DNA from: Raja brachyura
Lineage: Eukaryota
Length of the DNA: 64,000 nucleotides
NCBI GenBank assembly: GCA_963514005.1
Contig: OY740814.1
Span: 14,508,001-14,572,000, forward strand
Reading direction: 5' to 3'
This document shows positions 1-12,172 of this stretch, one piece after another. Positions within the stretch are counted from its first letter, which is position 1; every line of letters starts with the position of its first letter. The position numbers and the translations under genes were made by a program. The notes under the pieces were generated by a model. The model searched no databases. It was given only the letters and a program-made list of their open reading frames with translations, and was not told where the DNA came from.

Positions 1-1725
1 TCAAATTGCAATGTATTTGCGATTGTTACCACTAACACCCACTCACAGCCTGACCTCAGTCTGCAAAGATTGGGCCTTTCTACACCCACCCCCCTCCAAT
101 CACCACTTCACACCCACACCCTCTGTGCTGCACAACCTAACTTATCCAATATCAACAATAAAAATAGAGGAGGTGGAGAGGCTTTTCAGAGGACAAAAGA
201 GCCGGAAATCTCCAGGACCCGACAATGTTTCCCCCTCTACTCTTACGCTCTGTGCCAAACAGCTGGCACCGGTCTATACAGACATTTTTAACCAGTCCCT
301 GCAAATATGTACTGTCCCTGCCTGCTTCAAAGTCTCCACTATTGTCCCTGCGCCCAAAAAAGCAAGGATTACTTGTCTTAATGACTACAGGCCTCTCGCA
401 CTGACCTCTGTAGTCATGAAGACACTCAAAAGGTTTGTGGTGGCCAAGCTGAAAAATATCGCAAACTCCCTGCTGGACCCTCTGCAGTTTGCATATTGTG
501 CCAATAGATCTGTGGATGATACAGTCAACCATGGCCTGCACTTCATCCTACAGCACCTAGACTGCCAGGGGACCTATGCGAGGATCCTGTTTGTTGATTT
601 TAGCTCTGCATTCAACATCATTGTGCCAGAGCTACTACACTCCAAACTTTCGGAGTTGACTGTGCCTGAACCCCTCTGTCAGTGGATCACCAACTTCCTG
701 ACAGACAGGAAGCAGCATGTGAGGCTGGGAAAGCACATCTCGGACTCGCAAACCTCAGCATAGGAGCACCGCAAAGCTGCGTACTCTCTTCTCTACTCTC
801 TCTACACCAACGACTGCACCTCCACAGACACCTCTGTCAAGCTTCTCAAGTTTGCAGACGACACAACCCTGATTGGATTGATCCAGGATGAGGAGGAATC
901 TGCCTACAGACGGAAGTGTCACAGCTGGCGTCCTGGTGTCGTAGCAACAACTTAGAGCTCAATGCTCTGGAGACAGTGGAATTGGTTGTAGGCTGTAGCA
1001 GAGCTCCCCCTCTCCTCACCCCACTCACCATCAACATCACAGTCACATATGTGGAGTCTTTTAAGTTCCTGGGAACCATCATCTCCAAGGACCTTAAGTC
1101 GGGGGCTACCATCAACTCCACAGTCAAAAAGGCACAACATAGGATGTACTTCCTATGGCAGCTGAGGAAGCACAATGCCACAGGCAATGATGGTCCAATT
1201 CTACACAGCCATCGTAGAGTCTGTTCTCACCTTCTCCATCATGGTCTGGTTTGGCTCGGCCACCAAGCACGACACCTGGAGGCTGCAGCAAATGGTCCGA
1301 TCAGCAGCGAAGATTATTGGTTGCAACCTTCCCTCCATTGATGAACCGTACACTGCAACTTGCCAGGAAGCGAGCGGGCAAGGTCATCTCTGACCCCTCT
1401 CACCCTGGCCACAAACTCTTTGAATCACTTCCCTCTGGAAGGCGACTCCGGATTGTCAAAGCTGCCACAGCCAGACATAAAAACAGTTTTTATCCACGAG
1501 TAGTTGCTTTACTCAACAGCCAAAAATCTGTAGTCTCCCTGGGATCTGGTATTTTGTTGGTTCACAAGCTTGATCAATGGTGTTTTATCATTAATGTTTT
1601 ATTATTATTAATGTTTAGTGTTTTCGGAGTCATTCGTAACTGTCACTGTATGTCATGTTGTTACTTGTGGGCGGAGTACCAAGGCAAATTCCTTGTATGT
1701 GAATACTTGGCCACTAAACTTACTT
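1..1725 (+). mobile_element. Rex1/Babar-type LINE, 3' part of a decayed reverse transcriptase ORF plus 3' tail
   Basis: The ORF pieces carry RT motifs SPGPD, NDYRPLALTS, QFAY, FVDFSSAFN and KFADDT, then the Rex1 C-terminal KKAQHRMYFL motif. There are several frameshifts, and the element ends in a short (TACT)-like tail near 1725. Confidence 0.9.
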
Positions 1726-4164
1726 AGCAGTAGAATTCGAAAACTGGGTGCCTTCTATGGAACCTTTAAAAAGACCTTGTTTCCAAAGGTGATGGCTATT
1801 ATTTCCTAAGGTTATCTATCTATGCAGCATCTGGCAACATTAACTGAGCTCTCAGTTGATCAATCGAAATAATGTTTGGATTGTGAAAGCATCATGTCTA
1901 CCAAATCAAAATCTAACAATGGACATAAAATAATTTCTTATCCCGGTAAAACGTTGAAGATCAGATCGATATTTTACTGCCTTTGCTGGATTCGTAGAAA
2001 AATGACGAATGCACTTTCTATGAATGTATAGAGACTATAGTAAGGAGCTGAGAGAACAGCCTTATGGGCCACCAGTGTTGAGAATTTCCATGGATTTGTT
2101 TTGATGTGAACAGTTGGGAAAATTCAGAGCCAACATAGACTTCTCTCACACAATTATAAGAGGAGCAGGACATATGCTCAGCCACATGAGCAAGAGGAAA
2201 TGGTGCAAGACCTCACTCTTAATTACTTATGATAGTGTTGACTCGTACTCGTTTATAGCAAGCATCACTTGTATACGAGTGTTGTAGATCTTTGTTCAAC
2301 AACCAACCTCATCCATCAACTTGTATAATGTATCACCATTGGACAGCCAGCTATGATCACAATTGAATTCCTTGTGATATATAATATACACTTACACTTT
2401 ATATGTATTTTGTTTAAATTTGCAGAGAAACCCTCAAAAGGACGACGACAATCCAAAAGCAAGATCATCCTTTTTTGAGATGACAAAATATTTAAGCTGA
2501 ACTAAAAGAACAATCAGATAAACTCAATGAAGGCCACAAAATGCATATAGGTTCATCCCCATATTGTACAATTACATGGTATGTAACGACTGTACAATAC
2601 ATTTCTAAGGGAAATAGTAAGGGAATTTAGAGTAGATTTTAAGGCAGTAAACACGCATACAAAGCCAGAAAGGCTTTAATTATGTCAAAACACTTCCTGA
2701 TCTGCTGTTATCTTGCACAATATAGAGCTCACTTCCATTTTTGTAAAAAGCAACCATCTTTCCACTTTCGTAAGGGGACTAAACAGATGATGCAATTGTT
2801 AGCAAGTGCCGAGTAATATCAAAAGATAATAAAACTTGCACGGACAACTTCTCGAGGGATAAGCACAATAATTGAAATAATTGAAAAAGAGCATGCTCAA
2901 TGAAATCATGTGAATAGTTCCTGAAGCCAGCTCCTTGACTACTCAATCTATTTTTCATCTCCTTCCCACATCCTTTTAAACTGTTCATTTCCAAATAGTG
3001 GACTTTTGATTAACCTGCAGCTATTTTACTGGTTTGGAAATTGACCACACTAGATTTGAATGCAAACCTCTGTAAAGTTTCTAGAAAGTACAAAGAAAGT
3101 AGCAAAGAAAAAGAGATAATGTATTCACTACAATTGAAATGCAATGCATTCAATTGTAGAGCAAATTATAGTATCAATGCTTTCAAGTAAATTGAAGCTT
3201 AGTGTTAGTAATATTGTTTCTTAGACTCCTTTAAATATTATTTCATGCACTTGCATTATCCATATACCTCTCTATTACTGAATAATGGTTATTTACATGT
3301 CATTGTTATTAGTGAGTTACCATATCTGTGGTTTTTCCCTATTAGGTCAATTGCAATCAACAAGAATGGCTGAGTGTCCACATGACCAAATAGCATAATT
3401 GGAACGGGTGAATAAACACCAATAAAAAACAGGACTGGATGGATAAAATATCCATGCAACTGGGAAAATAATTAATTGTAAACACATGGCACTAAGGCAC
3501 TCTTGGATTGGGAAAGTCCAAACTCCTCAAGGGAAATATAACAGCTCTATGGGCACCTGAAGTCTAACAGAAAAATTCTGACCTAATGAACAGGTGGTGG
3601 GTTTCGCAACACACTAATCCCATGACAAGCATAGATTCCTCAACACTATCAAATCTATCAATGGCAAAAACACCCTAGGGCCCAACCCACTGACAGAAAA
3701 GAGCAAAGACGATCGAGATGCTATCTGCATTCACTGGAAGGAACAGTTCTCAAGACTCATCAGCTGTGTCTCTGGCCTTGACGTGAGCATCCTTGAATTA
3801 ATTCCATGGCAAATTATCCAATCCACCCTTGACATCCCTCCCCCCCCAATCAAGAAGAAGTCAAGAAGATCATTTGTCAAACAATAAACAAGGGCTTTGG
3901 AGCAGATATTATTATAGGGATTCACAATCTCATTTTGTAATGTCTGGTAAAAGCACAACATGCTCGTGTAATTCAGAGAGGCCATAATTGTGACCAACCT
4001 TAAGAAAGGAGACAAATCAATTGCAGGCCCTTCCGGCTGCCTGCCACATGGGACATCATTCCCAGTGGCTAAATTACCCTGTGGAATCTGTCAACCTAGA
4101 GGCTCTATAGACAGCATCTTGATTATGTGACAGCTCATAGAGAACTGCAGGAAACAACATTAAG

Positions 4165-4300
4165 CAAAATAAAAGTGCTGGAGGAACATCTGTGGAGGGA
4201 ATGGACAGACAAAGTTTTGATCTGAAGAAAGGTCCTGACCCGTAACCTCAGCTGTCCATTCCCTGGAATACCCTGTGGATTCCAGCATCTGCAGTTTCTT
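4165..4300. mobile_element. Short inverted Penelope-terminal-repeat insertion with a degenerate hammerhead core
   Basis: AGGGAATGGACAG ... CTGTCCATTCCCT form an inverted pair. CTGAAGAAAGGTCCTGACCCGTAAC lies at 4222-4246, and the insertion ends in the family tail CCAGCATCTGCAGTT. Confidence 0.6.
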
Positions 4301-5194
4301 TAATATGCTTCTACAACAGAACAATATTCAAAACTGTTCAGTGGGAACCTAATCAATCAAAACATACAGTCGGTCATACAGCACAGAAACCAGCCCTGCC
4401 ATGTCCATGCCGTCAGTCAAGTGCCCATTCTTACTAATCTCTTCCACCACACTTGGGTCATTACCCACTCCAACTTCGCATTTTTAACTGCAGTATCTGA
4501 AGTGTAGTTCAGGTAGCCATGGGAGTCAGTAGTCTATCACCTGCGATGGAGATAGTGAGGTCTAGCAATGATAGGGAAATGTTAGAAATGGTCCAGGTGT
4601 ATTTGAGTGCAGGATGGAAGTTAGTGGTGGGGGGGATGGAGGTGTAGATTGACTGATTTTTGAGTTCTTTTCTTTTTTTGCTCCTTAATTCAACGTTTTT
4701 TTAATGCTTTAGCACGTTTTGCTATGAAGATTGCAGTTTAAAAAAATACTCTTACGTTATAATGAGTAGGTTTGGGAAATAAATGTTTATGGATTTGCAC
4801 TTCTCATGTTTGCTCTTTGTCCCCAAATACCTATTGGTCAATAGCACAGCTACGAGTGAACAGTGCTGGTCACTAGCCTCAATAAACAACTTATGTCTGC
4901 CTGAGATTAAGTCCCGTTCACTATAAAATGAGCCCACTATAGTGTATGAAAACTGCTTTGATACTAACTTATAACGCAAATTGAGAATTATTTCCAGCCA
5001 TACAGAAGTTAATTCTCTGGAGTCAGAGACCACCAAGCGTGGGTATTCACGGGCCAGAATTCACAGAAATCTGCTAAAAACAAGTAATTTTGAATCAAGA
5101 AAAATCTAATATTTCTGAAATTAAGCGTTAAATGCTACTGGGCTAAGGCAGGACAAATTTACGTAATTAGAGATGTGACCTCACACCCCCACTG

Positions 5195-5480
5195 ACATTG
5201 GTTCAATCGTGATCTCAGGTGTGGTCCATGTGGAGCTCTTCCCTCTAACCACGTATCTCCTTCAGGTACTCTGATTTCTTTCCACATCTAAAATACAAGC
5301 TGTTTGGCAGGTTAATTGGCCACTGAAAATTATCCCTTGTATTTGGTTAATAGGAGAATCTGTGGTTGTTGATGGACAAAGAAGGAATGGGTCATTGGGA
5401 AATAAGTGGAGGAATGTGATTGATGGAATTGCTCCAAAAGATGACGGAGACTCAAAGGACCAAATGGCTTCTATATCAAA
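5195..5480 (+). mobile_element. Degenerate HE1-like V-SINE
   Basis: B-box-like GGTTCAATC, V-domain-like TTTCCACATC...GGTTAATTGGCCACTG-AAATT, and a CR1-like tail. Confidence 0.55.
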
Positions 5481-8400
5481 AGGAGATATGACAGAGAGCA
5501 TAATTAACAAAGCCAGAGAAGTGCCAAATCCAAGCAGTTCAAAACCAATTCCACTTGGGCTTAAACCAATGTTATCAGTTTTGTAACAAGCATAAACCTG
5601 TAACCATTTTATAATAGAGCTTTCTGATTGGTACCTGGCTATACAAATAAGGCAGAGCTGTTATTTCTGCAGACAACATACAACCCCATAAAAGGTGATT
5701 TCAGAGCCACTGGGGACTTCACAGTATCCAGATGCTTAATTATCATTTTCAACTTAAAAACAGTAGCGTAATCACAGTTCTTTTAATGTTGCTATACTCT
5801 TGCGAAAACGATCACATGATTGGAATGGAGAGGTTTCCAGAGCTCGTGGAAGTTTAGAAGTATGGCAGAAAGTTTCCTAAGATAGAGCAACATAAACAGA
5901 GACACAAAGTCAGGCAAATTATCAATCACACCACCTGGAAACCAATCACAAGCTAGCACAGGGAATTGAACACCTGCTTATCTGGCTCTCCTCCAGCAAT
6001 TTTGCACTCATACGGGAACTAAAACTAAATTAAAACTCCACTGGGAAGTAATGCAATAGAGTTAAAGTGTCTTAGGAAATACTGTTTACGAACAGAGAGA
6101 GGCATAACCGATCAACAATAGTGAACATAACTCAGCGTTCAATTCAATTCATTGTTTGTTTCAGAATTACAAACTTATATATCAGCCAGCTAAATTATTC
6201 ACATTTATAGTATTGACCACATAGCTATAAAGTTTATGCAGAAACATAATTTGAGAATATTTAATTCTTCAAAGATTACCCCATTTTATTCCTGAAGTGG
6301 TGAAATCACAGAATACAACACGTGGGGAGTATTAAAATATCTTGCCCAATTATCTCAACTATACAATACAAAATTATCATATCCAAATTCCAAGTATTTT
6401 ACATATCAATGCAGAAACACAAACGCTCTTTACAACTGGAGATTATTTATGGATGGCGTTATGAGTGTGGAATCCTAGTTGTTTCCCAATTTACACAGTA
6501 AGTGTCTAAGGCATAAATATGAGCCAACTTCAAGGTTTAATCCTCCATAGTAGGCAAATTAGCTAACAACCATTGAACAGTATACAGCATCTTTGGATAA
6601 ATAGCCCAATATGGAAGCGACAGATTTTAAACTGCTTAAAGTTTCCTTTACAGAAAATAATGTGCAATGGAAATCTGCAATAATTATTTTAACAATATCC
6701 CACTTTGAAACAAAAAAAAATGCAGCAGCGCGGGATTTAGGTTTTCTTAACCATCTGCCAATTAGCAGGCACGATACAAGAAAAGTGAAGCCAGGTTTTT
6801 AAATGAAGCTTTCAATTCTTGATTCAATGGTTATTGTTTATACATTAGACCAGTCACTAGGATTTTACACAGCTTGCTGTTAACAGCAAGGGTAGTATCC
6901 AAATTTGTAACTTGTTATCCACTGAATCAGGCAATTCAAATGTATACTTTATGAAAATCAAAATTCTCAACCTTGCACTGCAACAAGAAGTTCTTTTTCC
7001 CAACCATAACAATCGCATGCTTTGAGTACACAATACAATGCTCCTTTCGTGAACAAATCTCACATTATTTAATCTGAATGAACTTCAACTCCATTGAAAA
7101 ACACTGAACATTTCCCCTACTTAAATTTTAAAGTGATTGATTTTGACTATTAAAAAATGTGTAATTCCTAAAGCAAAGAAAAAGAATGACCACAAATCCT
7201 TGAAACTTGATACAAAATCAGAAAACATTGGGATTACTCAGCAAGTCAGACAACATCTCTGGAGATAGAAACAGAGTTAATAATCTAGGCTAAACAATTC
7301 ACCAGAAGTGTTGAGAATTCACTGATTTAAAATGTTCACTCTATCTTCCTCTCCACAAACAATTCATAACCCCATTTACATGACAATTAATAGCATTTAT
7401 TTCTTTCCATTTATTGCAACAGAACATTGTTTCATACAACAAGATTAATATTTGCTCCCACACAACTTCAACATAGTGTACTTTGTAAAAAAAAGTGTGT
7501 TTATATTTGAGCTAAAGTGCTTTCCTGGTGATATCCCAACTGGCAATATCAAAATGAAGATCTATGGAGCCAATGTTAAATCCCCATGGGACCCTAAGAA
7601 AATCCCTGTTGACAAATGCATGCAGAAATGACTGAATGAATCTGGACTTCTAAAAATCACATTGATGTGATTCACATCTAATTTCTGCAGGAACTTCTCC
7701 ATGAAAGTGTTATAGCTGAATAAATTTCCAACAATGTTTGGGATTGTCACAATCAATACGTGTTCTTGTTACCTTTACATATGCTAAATTAATCTCTTTA
7801 AAATATTCTGTACAAGACCACAGTTACTGTTTGGCAAGTGATTCCTCAAACAGAATCTACAAGGCTTTGTTTAACTAATATGAAACATGAATTCTAACCT
7901 GAGAAAATCTAGTTCAATCTTAAATGGAGCATGATGCAAGGATAAGTAGAAACACATAAAATTATCCCTCAGTCTTTAAACATTTTTTGGGCTGGAATTA
8001 GAAACAAGTCGCCAATTAAAAATATTTATTTTCATCATAACCTCATTCAACTAGCATTTCATTTGTTACTATAGAATTTCCACTCTGTTGATAGCAGCTC
8101 AAGATATGTTAAATAATAAATACTGGCATCTATAATTTATCCCGCTGCTAGCCCAAGGATAGAATACTCTCCAGAAACTCTAACTCAGTATTGAATACAA
8201 TCTCCAAAGGGATCCTGTTCCATACCCACAACAAACAGCAACATATTTCCTCATGGCAACAGAAACAACCACAACCACCTACAAGGAGCAGGCAGGCCCA
8301 CTTCCATCCCCACCCAACAGGCAGCAAGCATTCGCATGGACCAACCCAAGACCCTAACCCACACCAAACATGCAAGGAATAACAGTCCTCTGGCAAAGAG

Positions 8401-8689
8401 AGAACAACCATGTTCCAGACACTCAGAAACAAGCCACACGACAAGCCTCTCTCTCCAATCCTGTGAACACATCGAGCTGTAAACCAGAACAAATGCTGCC
8501 TCACCACAAAACTGCATAATAGGCCAATGGCATTCCTTAAAACTCAGCAAACATTAAGTTTTCTATCCTCCTAAAAAAATGGGAAGGACTGAGACACTCT
8601 TAACCCCTTCCCACAAAGAGGCCAAGCACAGAGAAACCAGGTAGACACTGGTCTCTTCCCTCACCCCAAAACAGAGAAAAACTGGGCCC

Positions 8690-8965
8690 TACCTCATAAA
8701 CTCAGCACAACGGACCAACAACAGGTGATCTCTGCCCACCCACAAACCAGACCAACACTGGGGAACCTCCCCACCCACTTAATGGGCCAACACTGGGGAT
8801 CTGCACCCCCAAACCAAAACAACACTAGGGAATCTGTTTCCACCCACAAACCAGGCAGACACTGGGATCTTTCCCCAACCCACAAACCGGGCAAATACCA
8901 GGGGATCTCCCACAACCTACAATCCAGATGGGCACTGGGGGATCTCCCCCCACCAACAAAGGTGC
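8690..8965. repeat. Degenerate ~35-38 bp C/A-rich tandem repeat
   Basis: About 6 imperfect units of the form CCCACAAACC..CACTGGGGATCTCC, directly left of the first gap. Confidence 0.65.
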
Positions 8966-9002
8966 CAACAATTGGTATCTGCTCTTTCTTTCTCCCTCTC
9001 CC

Positions 9003-10156
9003 NNNNNNNNNNNNNNNNNNNNNNNNNNNNNNNNNNNNNNNNNNNNNNNNNNNNNNNNNNNNNNNNNNNNNNNNNNNNNNNNNNNNNNNNNNNNNNNNNN
9101 NNNNNNNNNNNNNNNNNNNNNNNNNNNNNNNNNNNNNNNNNNNNNNNNNNNNNNNNNNNNNNNNNNNNNNNNNNNNNNNNNNNNNNNNNNNNNNNNNNNN
9201 NNNNNNNNNNNNNNNNNNNNNNNNNNNNNNNNNNNNNNNNNNNNNNNNNNNNNNNNNNNNNNNNNNNNNNNNNNNNNNNNNNNNNNNNNNNNNNNNNNNN
9301 NNNNNNNNNNNNNNNNNNNNNNNNNNNNNNNNNNNNNNNNNNNNNNNNNNNNNNNNNNNNNNNNNNNNNNNNNNNNNNNNNNNNNNNNNNNNNNNNNNNN
9401 NNNNNNNNNNNNNNNNNNNNNNNNNNNNNNNNNNNNNNNNNNNNNNNNNNNNNNNNNNNNNNNNNNNNNNNNNNNNNNNNNNNNNNNNNNNNNNNNNNNN
9501 NNNNNNNNNNNNNNNNNNNNNNNNNNNNNNNNNNNNNNNNNNNNNNNNNNNNNNNNNNNNNNNNNNNNNNNNNNNNNNNNNNNNNNNNNNNNNNNNNNNN
9601 NNNNNNNNNNNNNNNNNNNNNNNNNNNNNNNNNNNNNNNNNNNNNNNNNNNNNCANNNNNNNNNNNNNNNNNNNNNNNNNNNNNNNNNNNNNNNNNNNNN
9701 NNNNNNNNNNNNNNNNNNNNNNNNNNNNNNNNNNNNNNNNNNNNNNNNNNNNNNNNNNNNNNNNNNNNNNNNNNNNNNNNNNNNNNNNNNNNNNNNNNNN
9801 NNNNNNNNNNNNNNNNNNNNNNNNNNNNNNNNNNNNNNNNNNNNNNNNNNNNNNNNNNNNNNNNNNNNNNNNNNNNNNNNNNNNNNNNNNNNNNNNNNNN
9901 NNNNNNNNNNNNNNNNNNNNNNNNNNNNNNNNNNNNNNNNNNNNNNNNNNNNNNNNNNNNNNNNNNNNNNNNNNNNNNNNNNNNNNNNNNNNNNNNNNNN
10001 NNNNNNNNNNNNNNNNNNNNNNNNNNNNNNNNNNNNNNNNNNNNNNNNNNNNNNNNNNNNNNNNNNNNNNNNNNNNNNNNNNNNNNNNNNNNNNNNNNNN
10101 NNNNNNNNNNNNNNNNNNNNNNNNNNNNNNNNNNNNNNNNNNNNNNNNNNNNNNNC
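9003..10156. other. Assembly gap (N run)
   Basis: Run of N with a stray CA at 9654-9655. Confidence 0.99.
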
Positions 10157-10510
10157 CGGCTGTTTGGGTTTTGTCCCCAGCTACGCATGCGCCCTGGCCG
10201 GGCCGGCTGCGCTCTGACAGGCGAGCCGGTGATTTCCTCGCCGGTAACTAGAGGCCACTCACCGCTGCCGGAGAAGCTCCCCTCACCCTTCGCCAAACAA
10301 GGACCAATGTCACAAATGTTCTCAGGGCGTAATTTTCATTCATGATCAGTGGTGACCGCTGGCAGTGATCCCGCGAGTGTCCTCCGCTCCTTGCCGGCAG
10401 CCATCTTGGTTGTGAAGGCAACGCGCGCGCCCGTGATGCCGCTACCTGGCCCCGCCTCTTTCGTTGAACTGCTGCTGCCTCAGGGTCCTAGCGCCATCCA
10501 TGTGCGTGCA
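10157..10510 (-). promoter_or_regulatory. CpG-island promoter and probable non-coding first exon of a minus-strand gene (likely DENND4A by synteny)
   Basis: CpG-rich. It has an NRF1-like CGCATGCGC near 10184-10192, a YY1 motif CAAGATGGC on - at 10400-10408, and a consensus donor GCG|GTGAGT on - at 10263|10262. In mammals DENND4A lies divergent from and upstream of RAB11A, but no DENND4A coding exon is seen in this window. Confidence 0.6.
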
Positions 10511-10669
10511 ATCTTACCTCGCTCAATGCCACCAATTTTGCAGGTTAGCGAGAATATTTATGGGTTACTTTCCTCTATTTCAAACGTATTCCGTGACTGT
10601 CTTTTGTAACTCTAAAATAAGGTACTGCAGAAAATCGGTTCTTTCGTGTGGCACACTTATTTTACTTAT

Positions 10670-10812
10670 AAGTAAAGCTGTATGTATTTATGTATGTATT
10701 GTTGATCTATGTACCACTGTTTGTAGCAAGTTAGTACCTGAACTAATGTAAAGCATTTTGGTCAACGAAAGGTGTTTTTAAATGTGCTCTAGAAATAAAT
10801 TTGACTTGACTT
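10670..10812 (+). mobile_element. L2-type LINE 3' end
   Basis: TGTAAAGCATTTTGGTCAAC...TTTTTAAATGTGCTCTAGAAATAAA followed by a (TTGAC)n tail. Confidence 0.65.
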
Positions 10813-11310
10813 ATCGAGACCTTTCTTCAGACTAGTCAGGGGAAAGGGAAGCTAGAGATATATTGACAGTGATGTAGAGATATAGAACAAATAAATAAAA
10901 GATATGCAAAAAAGTAACGATGATAAAATAAACAGGTCATTGTTAGCTGTTTGCTCGGTGAGAACGAGAACCTGGTGCGACTTGGTACCTGGGGAGGGGG
11001 TGGGAAGGGATGAGTTAACCATGGGGTTGCGGAGGGAATGGTCTCTGCGGAAGGTGGAAAAGGGTGGAGATGGGGAAATGTGACTCTTGGTGGGATGCCG
11101 TTGGAGGTGGCAAAAATGTTGGTGGATTATGTGTTGTATGCGGCGGCTGATAGGGTGAAAGGTAAGTACTAGGAGAACTCTGTCCCTTTTGCGATGAGGG
11201 GGCGCAAGGGCGGAGCTGCAGGGTACTGAGGAGACATGTGTGAGGGCCTCATCTATGATGGAAGAGGGGAAACCCTGTTCCCCGAGAATGCGGACATCTC
11301 GGAAGTCCCT
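10813..11310 (-). mobile_element. Penelope-like element fragment
   Basis: The minus strand reads DRVLLVLTFHPISRRIQHII..HFCHLQR..FRRDHSLRN, typical of the PLE linker. It is followed by the start of the terminal repeat GTCTGAAGAAAGGTCTCGA. Confidence 0.8.
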
Positions 11311-11339
11311 GCTAATGCTATCCCTGCCTTATAGGTTGT

Positions 11340-11550
11340 GTACATAAGTTCTTGGAGCAGAAATAGGCCATATGGTCCATCAAGTCACTTCTCCATTAAA
11401 TCATGATCTATCTTTCCCTCCCAACCCCATTATCCTGCCTTCGCCCCATAACACCTGACACCCTTCCTAATCAATAATCTGCCAATCTCCGCCTTAAAAA
11501 TATCCATTGACTTGGCCTCCACATCTGTCTGTGGCAATGAATTTCACCGT
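11340..11550 (-). mobile_element. CR1 LINE 3' end
   Basis: Similar to the 3' end of the better-preserved CR1 at 62154-62400 (TAGGCCAT...CCTGCCTTC.CCCC.TAAC...TTGGCCTCCAC). Confidence 0.75.
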
Positions 11551-11784
11551 GTCTCAAAACTATTCTTTCCTCAACATGAGATAATGAGTAGCAATGGACA
11601 AAATATTATGCAGACTGATGCTTGTTTTCCTGAGTAACAACCACACACATCTTAATGGAATCAAGGGCGCCATTATGACTTGAAGAGAATACACAGAACA
11701 AATGTAACCCCAAGAGATCACAAACTCAGTGGTGTCCATGAAACACAATCTCATACAGCTGAATTCCACTTGTAGCATTTTGCA

Positions 11785-11883
11785 AAAGATAGATACAAAT
11801 AGCTGGAGTAACTCAGCGGGTCAGGCGACATCTCTGGAGAAAATGGATAGGTGATGTTTCGGGTCAAGGCCCTTCTTCAGACC
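11785..11883 (-). mobile_element. Penelope terminal-repeat insertion with hammerhead core and ~14-bp TSD
   Basis: The minus strand reads GTCTGAAGAAGGGCCTTGACCCGAAACATCACC. It is flanked by TGTAGCATTTTGCA (11771-11784) and TGTAGCATTCTACA (11884-11897). Confidence 0.75.
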
Positions 11884-12071
11884 TGTAGCATTCTACAGCC
11901 TGAGTCAGCCCGTGTTTCAGATTTACTCTGTGTGGCAGATTGCAGCACTGGAACACAATTGAAGGGACTGGTTGCACTACAATTCCAAGCTCCTGATCTT
12001 AGGCAAAGGAAGAGCAGCTGGAGAAACTGGGGATGATTCCGCAGCCTGATAAGACAAACGTGTATTGATCA

Positions 12072-12172
12072 TAGACAAAAACGCTGGAGAAACTCAGCGG
12101 GTAAAACTCACCTGTTGAGTTTCTCTTTTTGTCTACCAATGATTTTCCAGCATCTGCAGTTCCTTCTTAAAC
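12072..12172. mobile_element. Short inverted Penelope-terminal-repeat insertion
   Basis: TAGACAAAA..GAGAAACTCAGCGGGT and ACCTGTTGAGTTTCTC..TTTTGTCTA form a hairpin, followed by the CCAGCATCTGCAGTTCCTTCT tail. Confidence 0.7.

Noticed and set aside
9654-9655. Isolated CA inside the N run
   Set aside because: Scaffolding or gap-filling artefact with no interpretable content.
8725-10345. Long ORFs of 429-508 aa in the ORF track
   Set aside because: They run through the N gap and are artefacts; the same applies to 16916-17295.
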